DNA of 64,000 bases from a virus (Duplodnaviria > Caudoviricetes). A program made the position numbers and the translations under genes. The notes under the pieces were generated by a model. The model did not search any database. It was not told the origin of the DNA and worked only from the letters and a program-made list of their open reading frames with translations. The stretch is taken from IMG/VR virus record IMGVR_UViG_3300042892_000699. One strand, 5' to 3'. Below, in pieces: positions 8,692 through 23,000 of the stretch (position 1 is the first letter of the stretch; each line of letters opens with the position of its first letter).

Positions 8692-10359
8692 TTATCTTCC
8701 GTATCGGTAGATTTTAGTTCTAGGCCATATGTGCCCTGTACTAGATCGATTACCTTGATTAACTTTGGGACCAACCATACCTTGATCTAGGCGTTCTTTA
8801 TTGTAGTATAGGAATCTATTTGTAGACCCTTGCAAGTCTGTATAGTCACCTATACCGCCTGTAGTAGCAGTAATTTGCCCTATTTTAGCTTTATTTCTAA
8901 TGTAATCCCTAGCCTGTGATTGTTTCATAGTAGGCCATTGCTCTGCAAGACAGGCTAGAACTCCAGCAACTTGTGGGCTAGACATACTGGTTCCAGATTT
9001 TTTAGTCACTCTATACGCAGAGTTTCTACTATCTCCAGTTGTAACTTCAGTAGTTGAGTTTACTCCGCCAATAATCCAACTTCCCGGAGCATACAGATCT
9101 ACCCTAGGTCCGCAATTACTGTAAATCATTTTTGTTTCAGCTGTATTTGCGTCTACACCTCCTACACAAATTGATCCGGTTGCTGCTCCTAATGGGCCTC
9201 TGTTATAGTAATAAGTAAACACATCACCCTGAACAATGTAATTATTATAGTCATCACCAGTGTCAACTGTGAAGTTAGAAATTTTTGTATAATCGTTTCC
9301 TGCGGCTCCGACAACGATAATCCCTTCGTTCATCGCATCTATTAAATCTTCCTCGTATGCAACGCTTCTTATTGGAAATGCTACGTTTCCTGCACTTATA
9401 ACCAATCCATAATTGGTTAATTCTGATTCTGTAAAAGGACCACTAAACTCTGTGCCTTGAAATCTAACAATAGTAATTTCAGAAATAGGCACTTCAATAG
9501 ATACTCCATAACTGTGATTAGTAACCGTAGGATTACGTCTACCTGTGGCAGGATTAATAGGCTTAGTTCTATGCCACTCTCTGATATAATCTATTGTCCG
9601 TGCCCCTGTATTAGATGGATTTGTTGAATACGGACTTATATTATAAATGTTTGCATCTCTTGCCCATCCGTAGGTGTTACCACATGCTGTAGAAGCAACA
9701 TGTGTTCCGTGATCACCGTCTACTGTTCTGTCAGATATTCCGTCAAGATTGTTATCTGGGTATGAAGGATCGATATATGGAGTATAAGCATATGTGCCGG
9801 CTGAGGTTCCTAAAACAGCCGGATTATGTTGTAGCCAGTTATATTGCACTACTCTAGTCCCACCCGTGCCGTCTGCATTAACTGCAAACTCGGGATGTAG
9901 GGGATTAAAATGCCCGTCTACTATAACCACATCAACATATTTTCCGCTTGAAGTTGTATTAACTGTTCCGGATACACTAGTAGTTCCGTTTATTCCCCAT
10001 CCACTTCTTTGTACTCCCTCAACAGATCGTAATATTCCCCAGTTTCTATGAGACGAACTGTAAGAATTAGACTTGTTCCATAGCGTACTAGTTTGTGTCC
10101 AAAATGGTTTAAACTTTAAACCTTGTTCCTCGAGAGTTAATTCAACATGTAATACTCTGGGATCGTTTTTAATAAGCTCAACTTCAGATGCATATAACTT
10201 ATAGTGAGTATTCCTACTAGTCGGTCTTCTATCTTTTATTGGAATAGGACGGTGAGGAATAAATTTTGCGCCGCCAGAAGTCTCCATATCATCATAGAAA
10301 GATTCAAGATCTTCTTTATTTTTTAAAGTTATAATGTACTCTCTAGCGTTAGAACTCAT
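8692..10359 (-). CDS. Subtilisin-family (S8) serine protease with an N-terminal propeptide-like region
   Basis: Catalytic motifs VVIVDG (Asp), HGTHVAS (His), AAGND (oxyanion Asn), SGTSMSSPQVAG (Ser). Confidence 0.9.
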   Translation of the reverse strand: MSSNAREYIITLKNKEDLESFYDDMETSGGAKFIPHRPIPIKDRRPTSRNTHYKLYASEVELIKNDPRVLHVELTLEEQGLKFKPFWTQTSTLWNKSNSYSSSHRNWGILRSVEGVQRSGWGINGTTSVSGTVNTTSSGKYVDVVIVDGHFNPLHPEFAVNADGTGGTRVVQYNWLQHNPAVLGTSAGTYAYTPYIDPSYPDNNLDGISDRTVDGDHGTHVASTACGNTYGWARDANIYNISPYSTNPSNTGARTIDYIREWHRTKPINPATGRRNPTVTNHSYGVSIEVPISEITIVRFQGTEFSGPFTESELTNYGLVISAGNVAFPIRSVAYEEDLIDAMNEGIIVVGAAGNDYTKISNFTVDTGDDYNNYIVQGDVFTYYYNRGPLGAATGSICVGGVDANTAETKMIYSNCGPRVDLYAPGSWIIGGVNSTTEVTTGDSRNSAYRVTKKSGTSMSSPQVAGVLACLAEQWPTMKQSQARDYIRNKAKIGQITATTGGIGDYTDLQGSTNRFLYYNKERLDQGMVGPKVNQGNRSSTGHIWPRTKIYRYGR

Positions 10360-10360
10360 A

Positions 10361-11077
10361 TTAAGACTCCAATTGTAATAAAGTTAATGTAACATCGATT
10401 GCTCTGGATACTGTGTCTTTATTTGTTACAGCTAGATAAACCGTAGTAGTTGTAGCCACATCATTATTAAACCCTATAACTCCAGGAGTTATTAATTGAG
10501 TTAAAGAGGATGCAGTTGTAATAACTTCCGCAATAACTCCGCTGCCTGGCAACGGATCATTGCCTTCAGTCCTTGCTGCATCATTGGTTCTACTTGTACT
10601 GTCTGAGTAAATTCGAACCCATGCAGCATGAGAAGTTTGTACCTTTGACAACATATAAGTTTTAAAACCAGTTGCTTCTGCATTTCCACTAGCATTAGCA
10701 GCAAGAGCTGCCGTTGTTCCTGTGGTCAATACTCTTGAAGATAGGCCAACTCCGCCACCACCTGACACAGTTCCCCACCCGTAATTATAGTTTTGGTCTG
10801 AAAGTTTAATCAGTGCCTGCCCAATAGATCCACCATCTGGTAGACCCGGTCCAGTTGGTCCAGTTGGGCCTGGGACCACACTCGAACCTGCTGGTCCAGT
10901 CGGTCCTTTAGGACCCGCAGGCCCTGTGGGACCAGTAAATTCGGCGGCACCTATTTCTGTAACAACTTGATCAACTAAGTCAGTGTAACGGATTCTTCTC
11001 GGTAGTATCTCATCAACTATTACAAAACTTGTAACAGTTGTACCTGAAGTTATAAATGGTAATTGATTAATTTTCAT
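10361..11077 (-). CDS. Collagen-like repeat structural protein
   Basis: Gly-X-Y run GPTGPAGPKGPTGPAGS..GPTGPTGPG. Confidence 0.75.
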   Translation of the reverse strand: MKINQLPFITSGTTVTSFVIVDEILPRRIRYTDLVDQVVTEIGAAEFTGPTGPAGPKGPTGPAGSSVVPGPTGPTGPGLPDGGSIGQALIKLSDQNYNYGWGTVSGGGGVGLSSRVLTTGTTAALAANASGNAEATGFKTYMLSKVQTSHAAWVRIYSDSTSRTNDAARTEGNDPLPGSGVIAEVITTASSLTQLITPGVIGFNNDVATTTTVYLAVTNKDTVSRAIDVTLTLLQLES

Positions 11078-11080
11078 CTT

Positions 11081-14000
11081 TTAATATCCCTCTATCGGAT
11101 TGTTATTGTCGTCTGTCAATTCAAAATTATTATTGTCTGTTAGAGTAGGATCTCCACCATAATAATAATAATCAGGTAATTCTGTTGTTTTCTGTTGTAT
11201 AAACATAGCCTGCGGTGTTACAGCAGTCAATAACGAAGATTTAATTACCCACTCATTAGCAGATACTTCTTCAATCGGTTGCCAGAACTGACCAGTTCTT
11301 TGTTCAATTTCTAATCTCACTCCGGAAACAAATCCCTCAATATTTAATTTTAATTCATGATTGTTAGTCAACGAATTATAAACTACAGTAAATTCAGAAT
11401 CCAGTGTTACTAAACTTGTTGAAGTCGTATCATAGGCTCTTCTAGAATCATGTACCAAGGTACTTGTTTTGCGAAGTGTCCTTCCACCGTACTTAATAGT
11501 TACCTGATTAGTTGCATCAGTCGATGTAGAAAGAGTAATTCCGTCACACACAAACTGGTATGGGCCCACGTCAGTGGAATAACTGGAAGTGCTAATAACA
11601 AATGTGTATGTGTTGAACGAGTTAGTTACAGTACTTAATACTCGAGCATTTGTTGTGCTGGTAGTAATATGATATTGCTTCTTAATTACATCACTGTAGG
11701 GAACTTGTTGTTGTGTACTTTGATCCATTAGTTTAGTTCCAACTTCAGAAAACAATGCGGGTGCTGTGCCGTGAGTGCTTCTTCGTAAATTGCTTAATGT
11801 ATTACTGGCTTTTTCAAAGAACTCAATACGTTCGCTGTCAACAAATACTACTCCTGGAATATTTCTAATAGGATTAGGAGGAATCAATCTGCTAGAATCT
11901 TCAACGTGAATTTCAGTATCAGTGAGCGTTAACTCTTTAGTTAAACGTGTACTGTAAAAATCTGATAATCGAGTATATGATGTTCTATCAAAAATATCTT
12001 TAAAAATTCTATAACCTAAAGTAACGTTATTTCTTAATGGTGAATTAATAGAGGTAATCATAATGTCGTTTGACGTATTGACAAATATCCATTCACTAAG
12101 TTGAATAGTTCGTTGATCTGGAAGAAGTCCAAAGTCATATCCAGGTATTAACGGTGCTCCGTCTACATAGACCCAGACATACTCTGCACTAATAACAGGT
12201 AAGCTAAGAGTAAATCTACGCATAGAATTACCCGAGAAACGTTCTGTTCTAATCAACATGCCATCATGGTCTGTAAACGTAGTTACTTTTACAGATCCGG
12301 ATGTAAGAGGAGTTGATAAAATAACCGTGTTACCAGACACTATATAATCATAATCAATAAGGCTTTCGATTGCAATTGCATCACCGTTTACAAGTAATCC
12401 GGTAGGGAAAGTAATTGTACTGTTACTTACGGATAGCGTATAATCAAAGCCCGATCTTAGTAAGAAGCCATTTAAGTAAACATGCACTGTTTCAATAGAA
12501 TATGTACCTGATGGTCTAGGCTTATTGTCAATATTGAATGTAAGTTGAGTTCCATCAAATTTATAATAAGTCACATCAGGAGGAGAAAGTCTTCTTCTGC
12601 CTGCTCCAGCCAATGCTTCATATTCTACTAATACTTGAGCACTAATCGGTTCTATATTAGCAATAGGCTTTGTTAAATTCAACACAGTAGTAGTTGTAGT
12701 AATGTTGAAATATTCTGTCCAAACTCCGTTAAACTCAGGATAGTTAGTTTCAAAAAACCATGCTTGAATCACGTTAGTACCAGCAGGAATATTGTAAACT
12801 GTAACTGCCGCTCTATTATTTTCAATACCAGTAGGAGATACCATATAACCATATGATGAAGTTGATAGTGTTTCAAAAATTTGAGTACCATTAACTGTTA
12901 CATAAACAGAACGAACATCGTCTATACTAGCTAAACTAGGAATTAATACAGATGATTGATCACTAACTGATACTAGGTTACTATCTAAAAGATAATCGCC
13001 TCCCATGGTCATTAATGTATAACCTGCTCTACCAGTTGTTGTCTGAGGAGCAATGTACAAAGTTCGATCATAGATAAAGAACTGATTTCTTGCTGTAAAG
13101 TTATACGGTTCTTTATTAGGATCAAAACTTCCTTGTCCTGCATACTGCCAGTTTCCGCCCTCCGAAGTACTATAGAATACATGACTGGTATTGTTTTGTA
13201 TAGAAGTATACGGCACCTGAACGGCATTAGCGCCATTTTGATTAGAAATACCTGTTATAAATCCGCCATTTGGAACAGAAGATGAAGCGTTTAAAGGATC
13301 ATACTCGCGCCATGTGTTTTCATAAATCATTTCTACATACTGATTCACTCCATCAGAATATAATCCGAGTTCATACTGGTACGCAGGTAACACTCCAGGT
13401 TCATCTCTTTTCTGGTAATGACTACCTTGAAAGCGCAATCTCCAGTAATTAAATTGAGTAGTTGTTCCTGAAATCGTACCGGTATCGAACCATAGCCCAG
13501 GAAGTTGTCCGTTTTCTAATAGTTGTCCGCTTTCTCCTATTGCCTGCCATAAGTCGCAGAACATCACCATAATTGATGGATTTTCAAGAGCGTCGATATT
13601 TAAAGGCGTGTACTCAGTATCTCCTCCGCCAAACGTTACATAACCATTTGTGCCAACGTACACTTCAGTGTACACTGTACCAAACATGTTCCAATTAAAC
13701 CCTAGCGAATAGGGTCCAGTAAATTCATCGTCACCGGCAGAGGCTCCGATAGGTGCCCCAGAAACGCCGATTGGCGTAGCAAGAGAAGAGCTAAAATAAG
13801 GACCTATTGTACCAGGATCAGGTGGAGTATCTAATCTATCAAAAATTAATCCTTTATATTCTACCTGAACACCTACGGATTCTGTAACAGGATGTGGCAA
13901 TGTAGTAACAGAAACTCTACCGCTGACTACAGGAACAGCGCCTGAAATTACTAGAGGAGATGAGTTATTTTCTTGTGTATAGACATTAATACTAACACTA

Positions 14001-17000
14001 TCAAATGTCTGTCCTTTAACATGCTCTTCGGGAGCATACCCTAATTGAGCATTTAAGAAGCCGCTGCCATTGACTGTTAAGTCTGTAGGATTTACTCCTA
14101 GTGCTCCAACAAAGTTGCCAGCACTGTCCCAGGATCCTGCTGTAAGTTCTGTGTCAACTCCGTTAACATTAAAATTATCTTTCCAAAATTCTAATTTTGG
14201 ATATCCGTAAATATCAACATCAATATGATGACCACTTAGGCCTAGCCCACGAATAGTAAGAGCAAGTGTTCCGCTAGAAGTAGCAGTTGTTTCAACATAT
14301 TCAGCCAATGAACTTGTTTGCAACGGCAAAGTAGAATAATCTAAGTAAACAGATGATGTTGAAACATCTTGAATAGAAATTAAAGTATCATAATAAACTG
14401 TTGTAGTGTTTATGATATCATCAGCAAAAGAATATATCTTATAAGTTGATGTAACTTCGTAGTCTCTTAACATTGATGGAATACGAACTGTTGTGCCTGC
14501 TGGAGCAGAACGCACAGTCGATGTCGACAACACACTAGACCAGTGTGTGCCCGTTCCGATTGCAGTAAATCTATCTGTACCAACTCCAGTTACTTGATAT
14601 CTACCGTCGAAGCCAGTAAGTGTTCCGCCTTCGCCTCCATTAATTCCCCAAATTTCTGCGTAGTCTCCTACTCTAATATCGCCGCCGAAATCTTCAACTG
14701 TGTAGAATACTAAAGTTCCTCTGGTAGTTAGGCTGTCAGACCAAACACGTTTAATTTGAAATTCATAATTACTAACTTCAATCGAGTTGGCGCCAGTGTT
14801 AACAGAAACAACTACAGTATCTGTCCTTAGATAATTTAAGGCAGTGTTCGTTAAGATAATTTTCTGCCCTGGAGAAATTCCTTCAGTGGTACTTAATACT
14901 AGTGTACCTGTATTGTAAAGCGCATCTGCTACTAATTTTGCAGAAGCATAGTAATCAGTTAAGTCAGACCATGCAGAATTGTTGTCGTATGCTCCGTGGC
15001 CCCAAGGTGGAGAATAATCAAATCTTAAACCTTGCAGTTGAGTCTCACCAAATTCTGCACCAGACATTAATAGAGGCAATTCTAGTCCAGGCATGCTGTC
15101 TGTAGGTTCGTAATAATTATGAATTCTATCAACTGCTGTATAAAGGTTGATATTTTTATTATATGTAATTTTAAATATCTGTCCTTCACCAGGAACATAG
15201 TTTAAAAATACAAACCTAGAATATTTCTTAGTGTAATTATTATATGTTTCTGTATAATATTCAATAGTATAGTCAGTAGCAAGCACCAACTTACCATCTA
15301 CTAATGGAGTAATATTAGACTTGTTAGGTTCAGCTAACCAGCTAAGTACAAACTTATTTGCATCTCCTGAACAGACGAACGTTTCAGTTACTGTAGTATC
15401 ACCTAATTCGTAGCCTGTACCAACTCTGTCAAATTTAATACCAACAGTGTTTTTTCTAATTGTGTCATTACCCATTACAACTGATACAGTTGCAGTTGAT
15501 GTCACGTACTGGCCGCCGCCAGTAATTGTAACTAGAGGAGGAGTAACATATCCAGAACCAGGATGAGTAACTAGAACTTTATATAGTTCACCGTTTCTAA
15601 TATAGGCTTCTGCTTTAGCGCCGGCGCCGCTATCTCCTAGAGCAGTAGTAATTTGGACGTTAGGTCGTTGAGTGTACCCTGCACCTTTATTTCCAACTTC
15701 AATAGATTTAACATAATATTTGTAGTTGTCATTCCAAGACTTTCTAGGATACTCATCTAGCAATGTATTACCTAACTGCACAACTTCAAACTTTCCAGTA
15801 GAAGAGTTATAATAAGAAGGCAAATCAAAATCTGTCAAATATACAGATCCTTGGTCAACGTTATTATTATAGATAGATGTGTAAGATCTAATCTTTGTTC
15901 TATAAGGTTTTACTTCTTTAATATAATCTTCAAAGTATTGTTCATTTTCCAATTGATAAACAGATCTTTGATCTAAACTGCCTATGTTGTTTTTGACATT
16001 AATGAAAGAAGTTTTAAATGCCCAATCGAGCAACTTCTGTTCAGTTAGTGCATATTTGACTGCCTTAAAGAATAATAGATTCCAGTTGATTTTTAAATCT
16101 CTAACAAAGATATCGTCTTTAAGTGCTGTTAAAATATAGAATAGCTCTAGATCAGGAATTTGATCATACAGAGTTTCCTCTAATGTTGCAACATCATAGG
16201 CATAGTTACTGTCCGAGTAGTTCCAAATAGTGTCCAGAATTTGAACAGTTCCATTTTGTCTATAAATGATATCGTAAGACGTTGAAAAATCACCTATTTC
16301 AGTGTCGGTTAACTTTTCTAAAATAATGTAATTACCATCTCCGGCATTTTTAATTTTTACGTAATCACCAGGTACTGTGTCATTTAGTGTTGCTACTTCA
16401 TATGTATCATTAACAACATATTTGTAATCTTTAAATCCGTCATAAGTAGACTTTACCCAATCAGCATATTTCCAGTACAATGGAGTATTATATGTTTGAG
16501 TTTTAATTCTTAACCATGTTTTGTACAAATAGTCGTAGATATGTTTTGTCCAGCGATTTCCGTATTCAGTGTTAACCTGTACAATCACTGTATGTGGTCT
16601 GACTACTACTACAGGACTTTCTTCAACGTAATTTGATCCAGGTGCAGTAACAACAGCATTAATTACTCGACCATTTACATCAATTTCTGTTTCAATAACT
16701 GCACCGATACCTGTTGTAGCGTTAACATTAACTTTTGGAGGTAATGCATATCCGAAGCCAGGATCTGTAACTACTGCACTAATTACTTTGCCGTTCAAAG
16801 TGAAACATTCAATGTATGCTTGTTTAAAAGTTGATGTATCGACCTCAGTTAACTCTTCTAGATCTTCAACAATTAAATCATACTCCCTATCTAATGCATC
16901 TGGAATTTCTTCCTTACGTTCTAAATTAGAAAAAGAATAATTACCTGTAATTCTACTGTCAATTAATACAGAATTAGCAAACTCAACAATATTTCTTAAT

Positions 17001-20000
17001 GCTTGCAGTCTGTCTTTGAACAGAGTCTGTTGAGGTCTAATTCCAATTCCGTATTTGTTTCTATATGACAAATTGATGTCGGGTACTAGATTTCCTAATG
17101 CATCACGACCCAATAGACTGTCAAATAGTTTTTTATTCAACATTGTATTTGGCATACTTGATGCTGAACCTTCTTCTAACAACAACCATTCTGTATGTCT
17201 AGGGATAGAATTTTTTATTTCATCTGTAGAAATATTTGCATTAATATAATTTCCTATTAGCATAGGTTGAATATTTGCAAAAGCAACCGAGTCAGAAGAT
17301 AAAATTTCAGCAAATTTCAAACCATTCGATACTGGATCCGCAATCAAACTCGAAACTTGATATGCACTGATTCTTCTATTTTTAGCATCAGGAATTAATA
17401 CTTTATTCTTAACCCAGAAGAAAAAGACATTTTCAAATGAATTTGTTACAGTGTTCCAAACTTGCTTAACAGAAACAATACTGTTATCAGGATACTTAGG
17501 CTGACCACTGATACCATTAGTTAATCCTTCCGAAGTATCTGCTTGTGATGCCCATTCGGTAGGTAGTAAATTAGATTTGACCCATTCATAAACATCAATA
17601 GTTGCACCCGGGAATAGTTTACCCCAGTTATTTTTTCTAAAGATGTCATCGCCCTGTTCGTACCATACATACTTAGCGGTACTTAGATCCCACCACAATT
17701 CGCCAACGTGTTCGTCAATCCAGTTAGTTTCAGAATCGTTGATTGTACCAATAGTACCTATAGAATATGTTGCAGGATCGGAAGCAGACTTATATTTTAA
17801 CTCTTGTTCGGCAATTCCTGCAATTTTTCCTTTTAAAGGATCAATTACATCTAAGTATTCAATTACTTCTTCATTTACAGAATCAATTAAAACAATTCTC
17901 TTTACAGTATCAATTTCAACTAGGTCTGGTTGCTCTCTCAGTAACGACCAGCTATTTTTTGTGTTGTCAATCTTATTGAACTGAAAGAATGTAGAGCCGT
18001 CTGCTTCAGATGCAGAAACATACCACGGGGCTCCTACATAAACTGCATCATTTGTTGCAACAACAGATGTTCCATAACGACTACCTTCAATAAAGTCAGC
18101 ATCGTTTAATTCTTCAGCCTGAATAAAATAATCACCCAGGTTGTTATAAACATAGACTGCACCAGCATCTGAAATAGGAGATATAAAACGTGTAGTTCCC
18201 TGGTCAAATGTAGTTTCACCAAATCGAGTTCCTTCATCAAATCCGTAAATCTTAGATCTATTTTTTCCTAAAGAACTAACTGTTAATACTGTTTCGTTCT
18301 TGCTCAATGAAATAGCCTGACCAAATTTAAGATCGTTAGTAAGAACAGGATTGTCAATAACTTGACGAAGTATATATGTACCTGTAGATGTTAAGTTAGT
18401 AGCCGTGTAAACTGCAACTTTACCAAAACCTTCACCGATCAGTTTTGTATTAACTGACGAGATGAACATAAATTTGCCAGAAGCAGATACGTATACATCG
18501 TCGCCAAATATATCAGTTGTTCCAAACGGTGAAACAATAGTTTGCTTCCAGTTTAAACTATTGTCAAAAATTTGAACAATACCCGAAGTGGAAGATGTAG
18601 TGTAGCCAGGAGCACTGATAGCAATAAATTTGCCAGCATAATCTCCTGCAATCTTATGTCCCCATTGCATTTGAGAATTTTGTGTAATTCCTTCAGGTCT
18701 TAAAGATATGCCATCTTCTAAGTTAGAAGATAAGTGTTGTGTAATGCTAACAAGATTTGTTGCAGAAGTAGTTGTACTTAGGTAATAGGCATATACATGA
18801 CCAGTTCCTGTATTGTTCACGCCATCCCCTGGAGCACTAACAAGAAGTGTTGAAGAACTAGTAGAAACAACTTGATTTAAGTATATAGAATGACCAAATC
18901 TAGCATAGCTAGAAGTTGAATAAGTTACTGTGTCGTTGTAGTTAGGTCTTACTAAAACTTTCTGTGTTATTTCTTCATTAACTAAAGGTCTCTTTGAACT
19001 AATCTTTACAAGACCTTCAGAAACAAAAGACTTTGCATATCCACTGCCTGTGCTGAATAATATAGCACTTGTACCAGTAGAACGTACATTTGTTGCTTCA
19101 GGAGCTCCTGTAAAAATTAATTCTTTACTGTTGTCATAATTTAAAGAATAACCAAATCCAGTAGATAAAGATACGTCACAGTATATTTTATCGTTACTGT
19201 TCATTATATATTCAAACTGCTTGTCTAATGTTAGTCTGTTCTTTTCTAATACCGAAACTCGGCCAGTACTGTCGTAACTAGGAAAATCCCATGTAGGAGC
19301 AGAAACGATAACCAACGGAATATCATCCGAAGCATAGATTGAGAAACCTAACTGCTGTGCAATAGGAGATGCAGATGAATTAATTCCTATACCTGTATCA
19401 TAATTTTTTATCTTTTGATAGACTGCCCACTTGTCAGGTGCATTGTCAATCCATATTTTTTCACCTGTTTTAAGTTTACGTAGGTCAGGAACATTTTTTA
19501 ATTCTTCAAAATTCTGATAACGAACATCATCAAATTTAAACAATGCGCCGAACGCTAATAAGTCATCATTAACAATAGTTGTTAAACCAGATGCAACAGT
19601 AAATTGATTTAGTTCTGGAATTTCAGTAACAATGTAGACACCATTCACTTGATCATTAAATTTAACAACTGAAACAATATCACCCACTGCAAGACTGTGA
19701 TGTATGTCAGTAGTAAAGGTAATAGCGGTTGCTGGCGCACTTACATACACTCCAGAAACTTTTGCAGTTTGTCTAGAATATCTATAAACATCCCAGTCAC
19801 CATTCTCTAAGAACCCCATCCAAATAGTGTCGCCTTCTTGAATAGAAGAATTGTTTGCAATGTCTAATAAACTATTTTTATTATATGCTGTAGATGTAAC
19901 GTCATCTAATCTAACATATCCAACAGTGGTTAAATCAATATTTGTATCTTCATAGCCTGTGCTATTGTATACTTTAAATGTCTGTGCAGGATTGTATCCC

Positions 20001-23000
20001 GATGGAGAAATTAATAAATTTGTAGAAGATGTATAGTTAATTAAATTGCTGGCATTTGAAGGCATCTCAGAAATAAATTTAACAACATAAGGATTTTCAA
20101 TTGCTGTACCTTCTTCTAGTTTAAATTCAATTTCTTTATATGTTTCAAATCCGCCAAAATGTCCTACTCTAAAAGCCCAATCTTCATTAAAAGAAACGTC
20201 ACCTTTACGTGCAAAGGTTCCTGCTTTTACAATTTTATCAATTGCATTTCGAGTACCTTTTTCACGAATAAATCCTTGATAGAACTTATACTGTGCTGTA
20301 GCATTAGTAAAAATATTATTTAGATATGTACGAGGAGTATAACCAATTAAATGCTGTGCTAACTGTTGCTGTCCATAATCAAAGTTATCAATATCTAGGC
20401 TATAGAAATCTTCAAACTGATTAATCTTATAATCAAAGTTAGGTAACAGATCGGGTGTAGGTTTGTTAGATAGTTTAACCCATTTATTGAAATCAAAAGT
20501 TTCATCTCCGTTTACACGCACTGAAGATTCGTAATAGGCACCGTTGTATCTAACAACTTTTCCAGGAAGATAGATGCCAAATGATTTCCAGTCTGAGATT
20601 TCAACAGCATCGTAAATGAACCCGGGACTGAATAAATCACCATTCCAGTTTGCAGTTCTAAAACCGGTAATCTTAACTCTACGTTGACGATATCCAGATT
20701 CAATGTCATAGATAGTATCGTTGAAGATAGTAGTGTTATTAAACACAATTGCATGTTCTTTCTGAACAGAATTTAGTGTTGCAAAGAAAATACCTTCTTC
20801 TGTATTAAGTGTATTAATTGTACAAACACCATCTTGCCTACTAAGATTAAAATTACTAATAGGAAAAGATTTCCCATCTGCTTTTAACAAACTGTACTCG
20901 TAATTTCCTGAGGCAATATTATCTACAATAGAGTCTACAAATTTATATCTTAATGTGTTAGCAAAAGGACTTAGAGTAATTAAATTTCCATCGGCCCAGT
21001 TTTGTGTGGTCCAAAATAAGAATTCTTTTCCTGTAAATTGCCAGTCTAAAATTTCTTTTAGATCAGTACTGTATTGATCAAATAAGAATCCTTGTTTTTC
21101 TAAGTATGCTCCGTAACCTACAATTAAGTCATATACTTCTTGAATAGTGTTATACTCAGTCCCATAAGGAACTTCAGTTACTGCTGTTTCAAATTTTGTT
21201 GCCTGTTGTGCTGTTGCGCCCCCGGTCATAGGCAACGAAGACATCTGTTGAAAATAAGTTTCATCAAATGTACTGGTAGCAACATGTCCTATTTTAACTC
21301 GATAAAAACGACTATTGTATCGAACAATTTGTCCTTGCTTATAATATCGAGATGTGTTAGTTTCAACTGATGTAAGATCTGTTTCGCTTATTCCTGTGGT
21401 TCCATTATTAGTAACAGAAGTCCATTCTGTAAACGGAGAAGACACTCCGCCTACTGTAACTGCTCCCGAAGTTGCAGTCTTAATGGGTTTTAAAATTTCA
21501 AAATACGGATTACTTCTGTCATAGCCCTTGACAACAAATTTGCCATTTGACTTTTGAACAATGATTCCCGAGATATTAGCAGACTTAACAGGATTACTAA
21601 TATTTAAAATAAATGCACAGTCTTCAGGGGGTAAAACTGCACCCTGGCTTGTTGACACAGGGTCAATACTGTCAATGATAATTTGCAATTTTTCTTTGCT
21701 TGCAAATCCGCCTAATTTGTGAAATAGGTTGAAATCTAAGTAAGAAAGATCTTGCTGAAACTTAGCTACATATCCTAAATCAGTTTGTTTTCCTTTTTCA
21801 ATTATTAACGAACCAACTCCAGAAATTTGATAATCACCTTCAACTAATAATTTTTTAGGATTTAAGTATAAGTCGCCCGCATAGACTAATTGATTAGATT
21901 GATTAAATGTTGTTCTGCTGACATCATACATAGACGATGTATAGTTACAAGGTTCTAACAATGCCGCCATTGCATTAACTGCAAACGGCCAATAACTACT
22001 GCGATGCCAGGCGGTTTCTGCAGGATTGCGGTCGCCAAATGCCCATGTAAATTTTTTATCAGAGTAAGCATTCTCTGAAACTAAAAACTGATCAGGTGCT
22101 TTTAAATTACCACTGGTATCAACAGGGATGATTGTTAATAACTGCGAACGAGCATACTCTGTTTTGTATGTACCAGTTCCTCTTACATAACCATTCTTCA
22201 AATCGGTCCACATGAGTGTATTTGAAGAAGTATACGGCGCAGGCCCATACTCAATTGCCCACCAAGTAGGTTTAGTTGTAAATCCTAACATTTCCCATGG
22301 GTGGCTATGAGGGCGGTCTGTGTCATAGAAATATTGATATATTCCTCTCCAATATCCAGGAACAGTGTTAAAAAAGACAGAGTCTATGCTACCTTTATAA
22401 TTCCAGGTAAACGAATTGTTTTCATCAAATGTAGAATTTGCAGAAACATCGACATTATACATTCCTGCCCAACGCATATAATCTTTTCTTAAAATTCTAT
22501 TTGCATCATCTAACGTATACTTAGAATTTCTAAATGCACCGGGTATTGTAGATTTTACATCAAATATTTCAGTATTATAGATTACTTTAATGTTATTATA
22601 AACACGCTTTTCAAATTCAAGAATAATTTCATCTCGATAATCGCCATACGCCTGCATTACACTGCCGTCGTGACCCCTAATCATAGAAACATTGCCGCTA
22701 GTATAAGAAGTATCTATATATAATTCAGGTTCATATTTTGGATACAGTCCTAGCTTAGACGGTGTTGGTGGTACAAAACAACCCAGTGTATCGAGATAAG
22801 TTACAATCTTAATCACATCGTCTTTAACTAAAGAAGAAATTACAGTAACGGTACCGTCGATACTATCTATCTCGTAATCTTTTCCATAGATTAATTGTAC
22901 ATCGTTTAGATATATTAAAATAGATTTAAAACTTAGTATTGTTGGATCAAATTCTATCCCTAATGGATACACATAACTTGGAATAATTCCTACTGTATAT

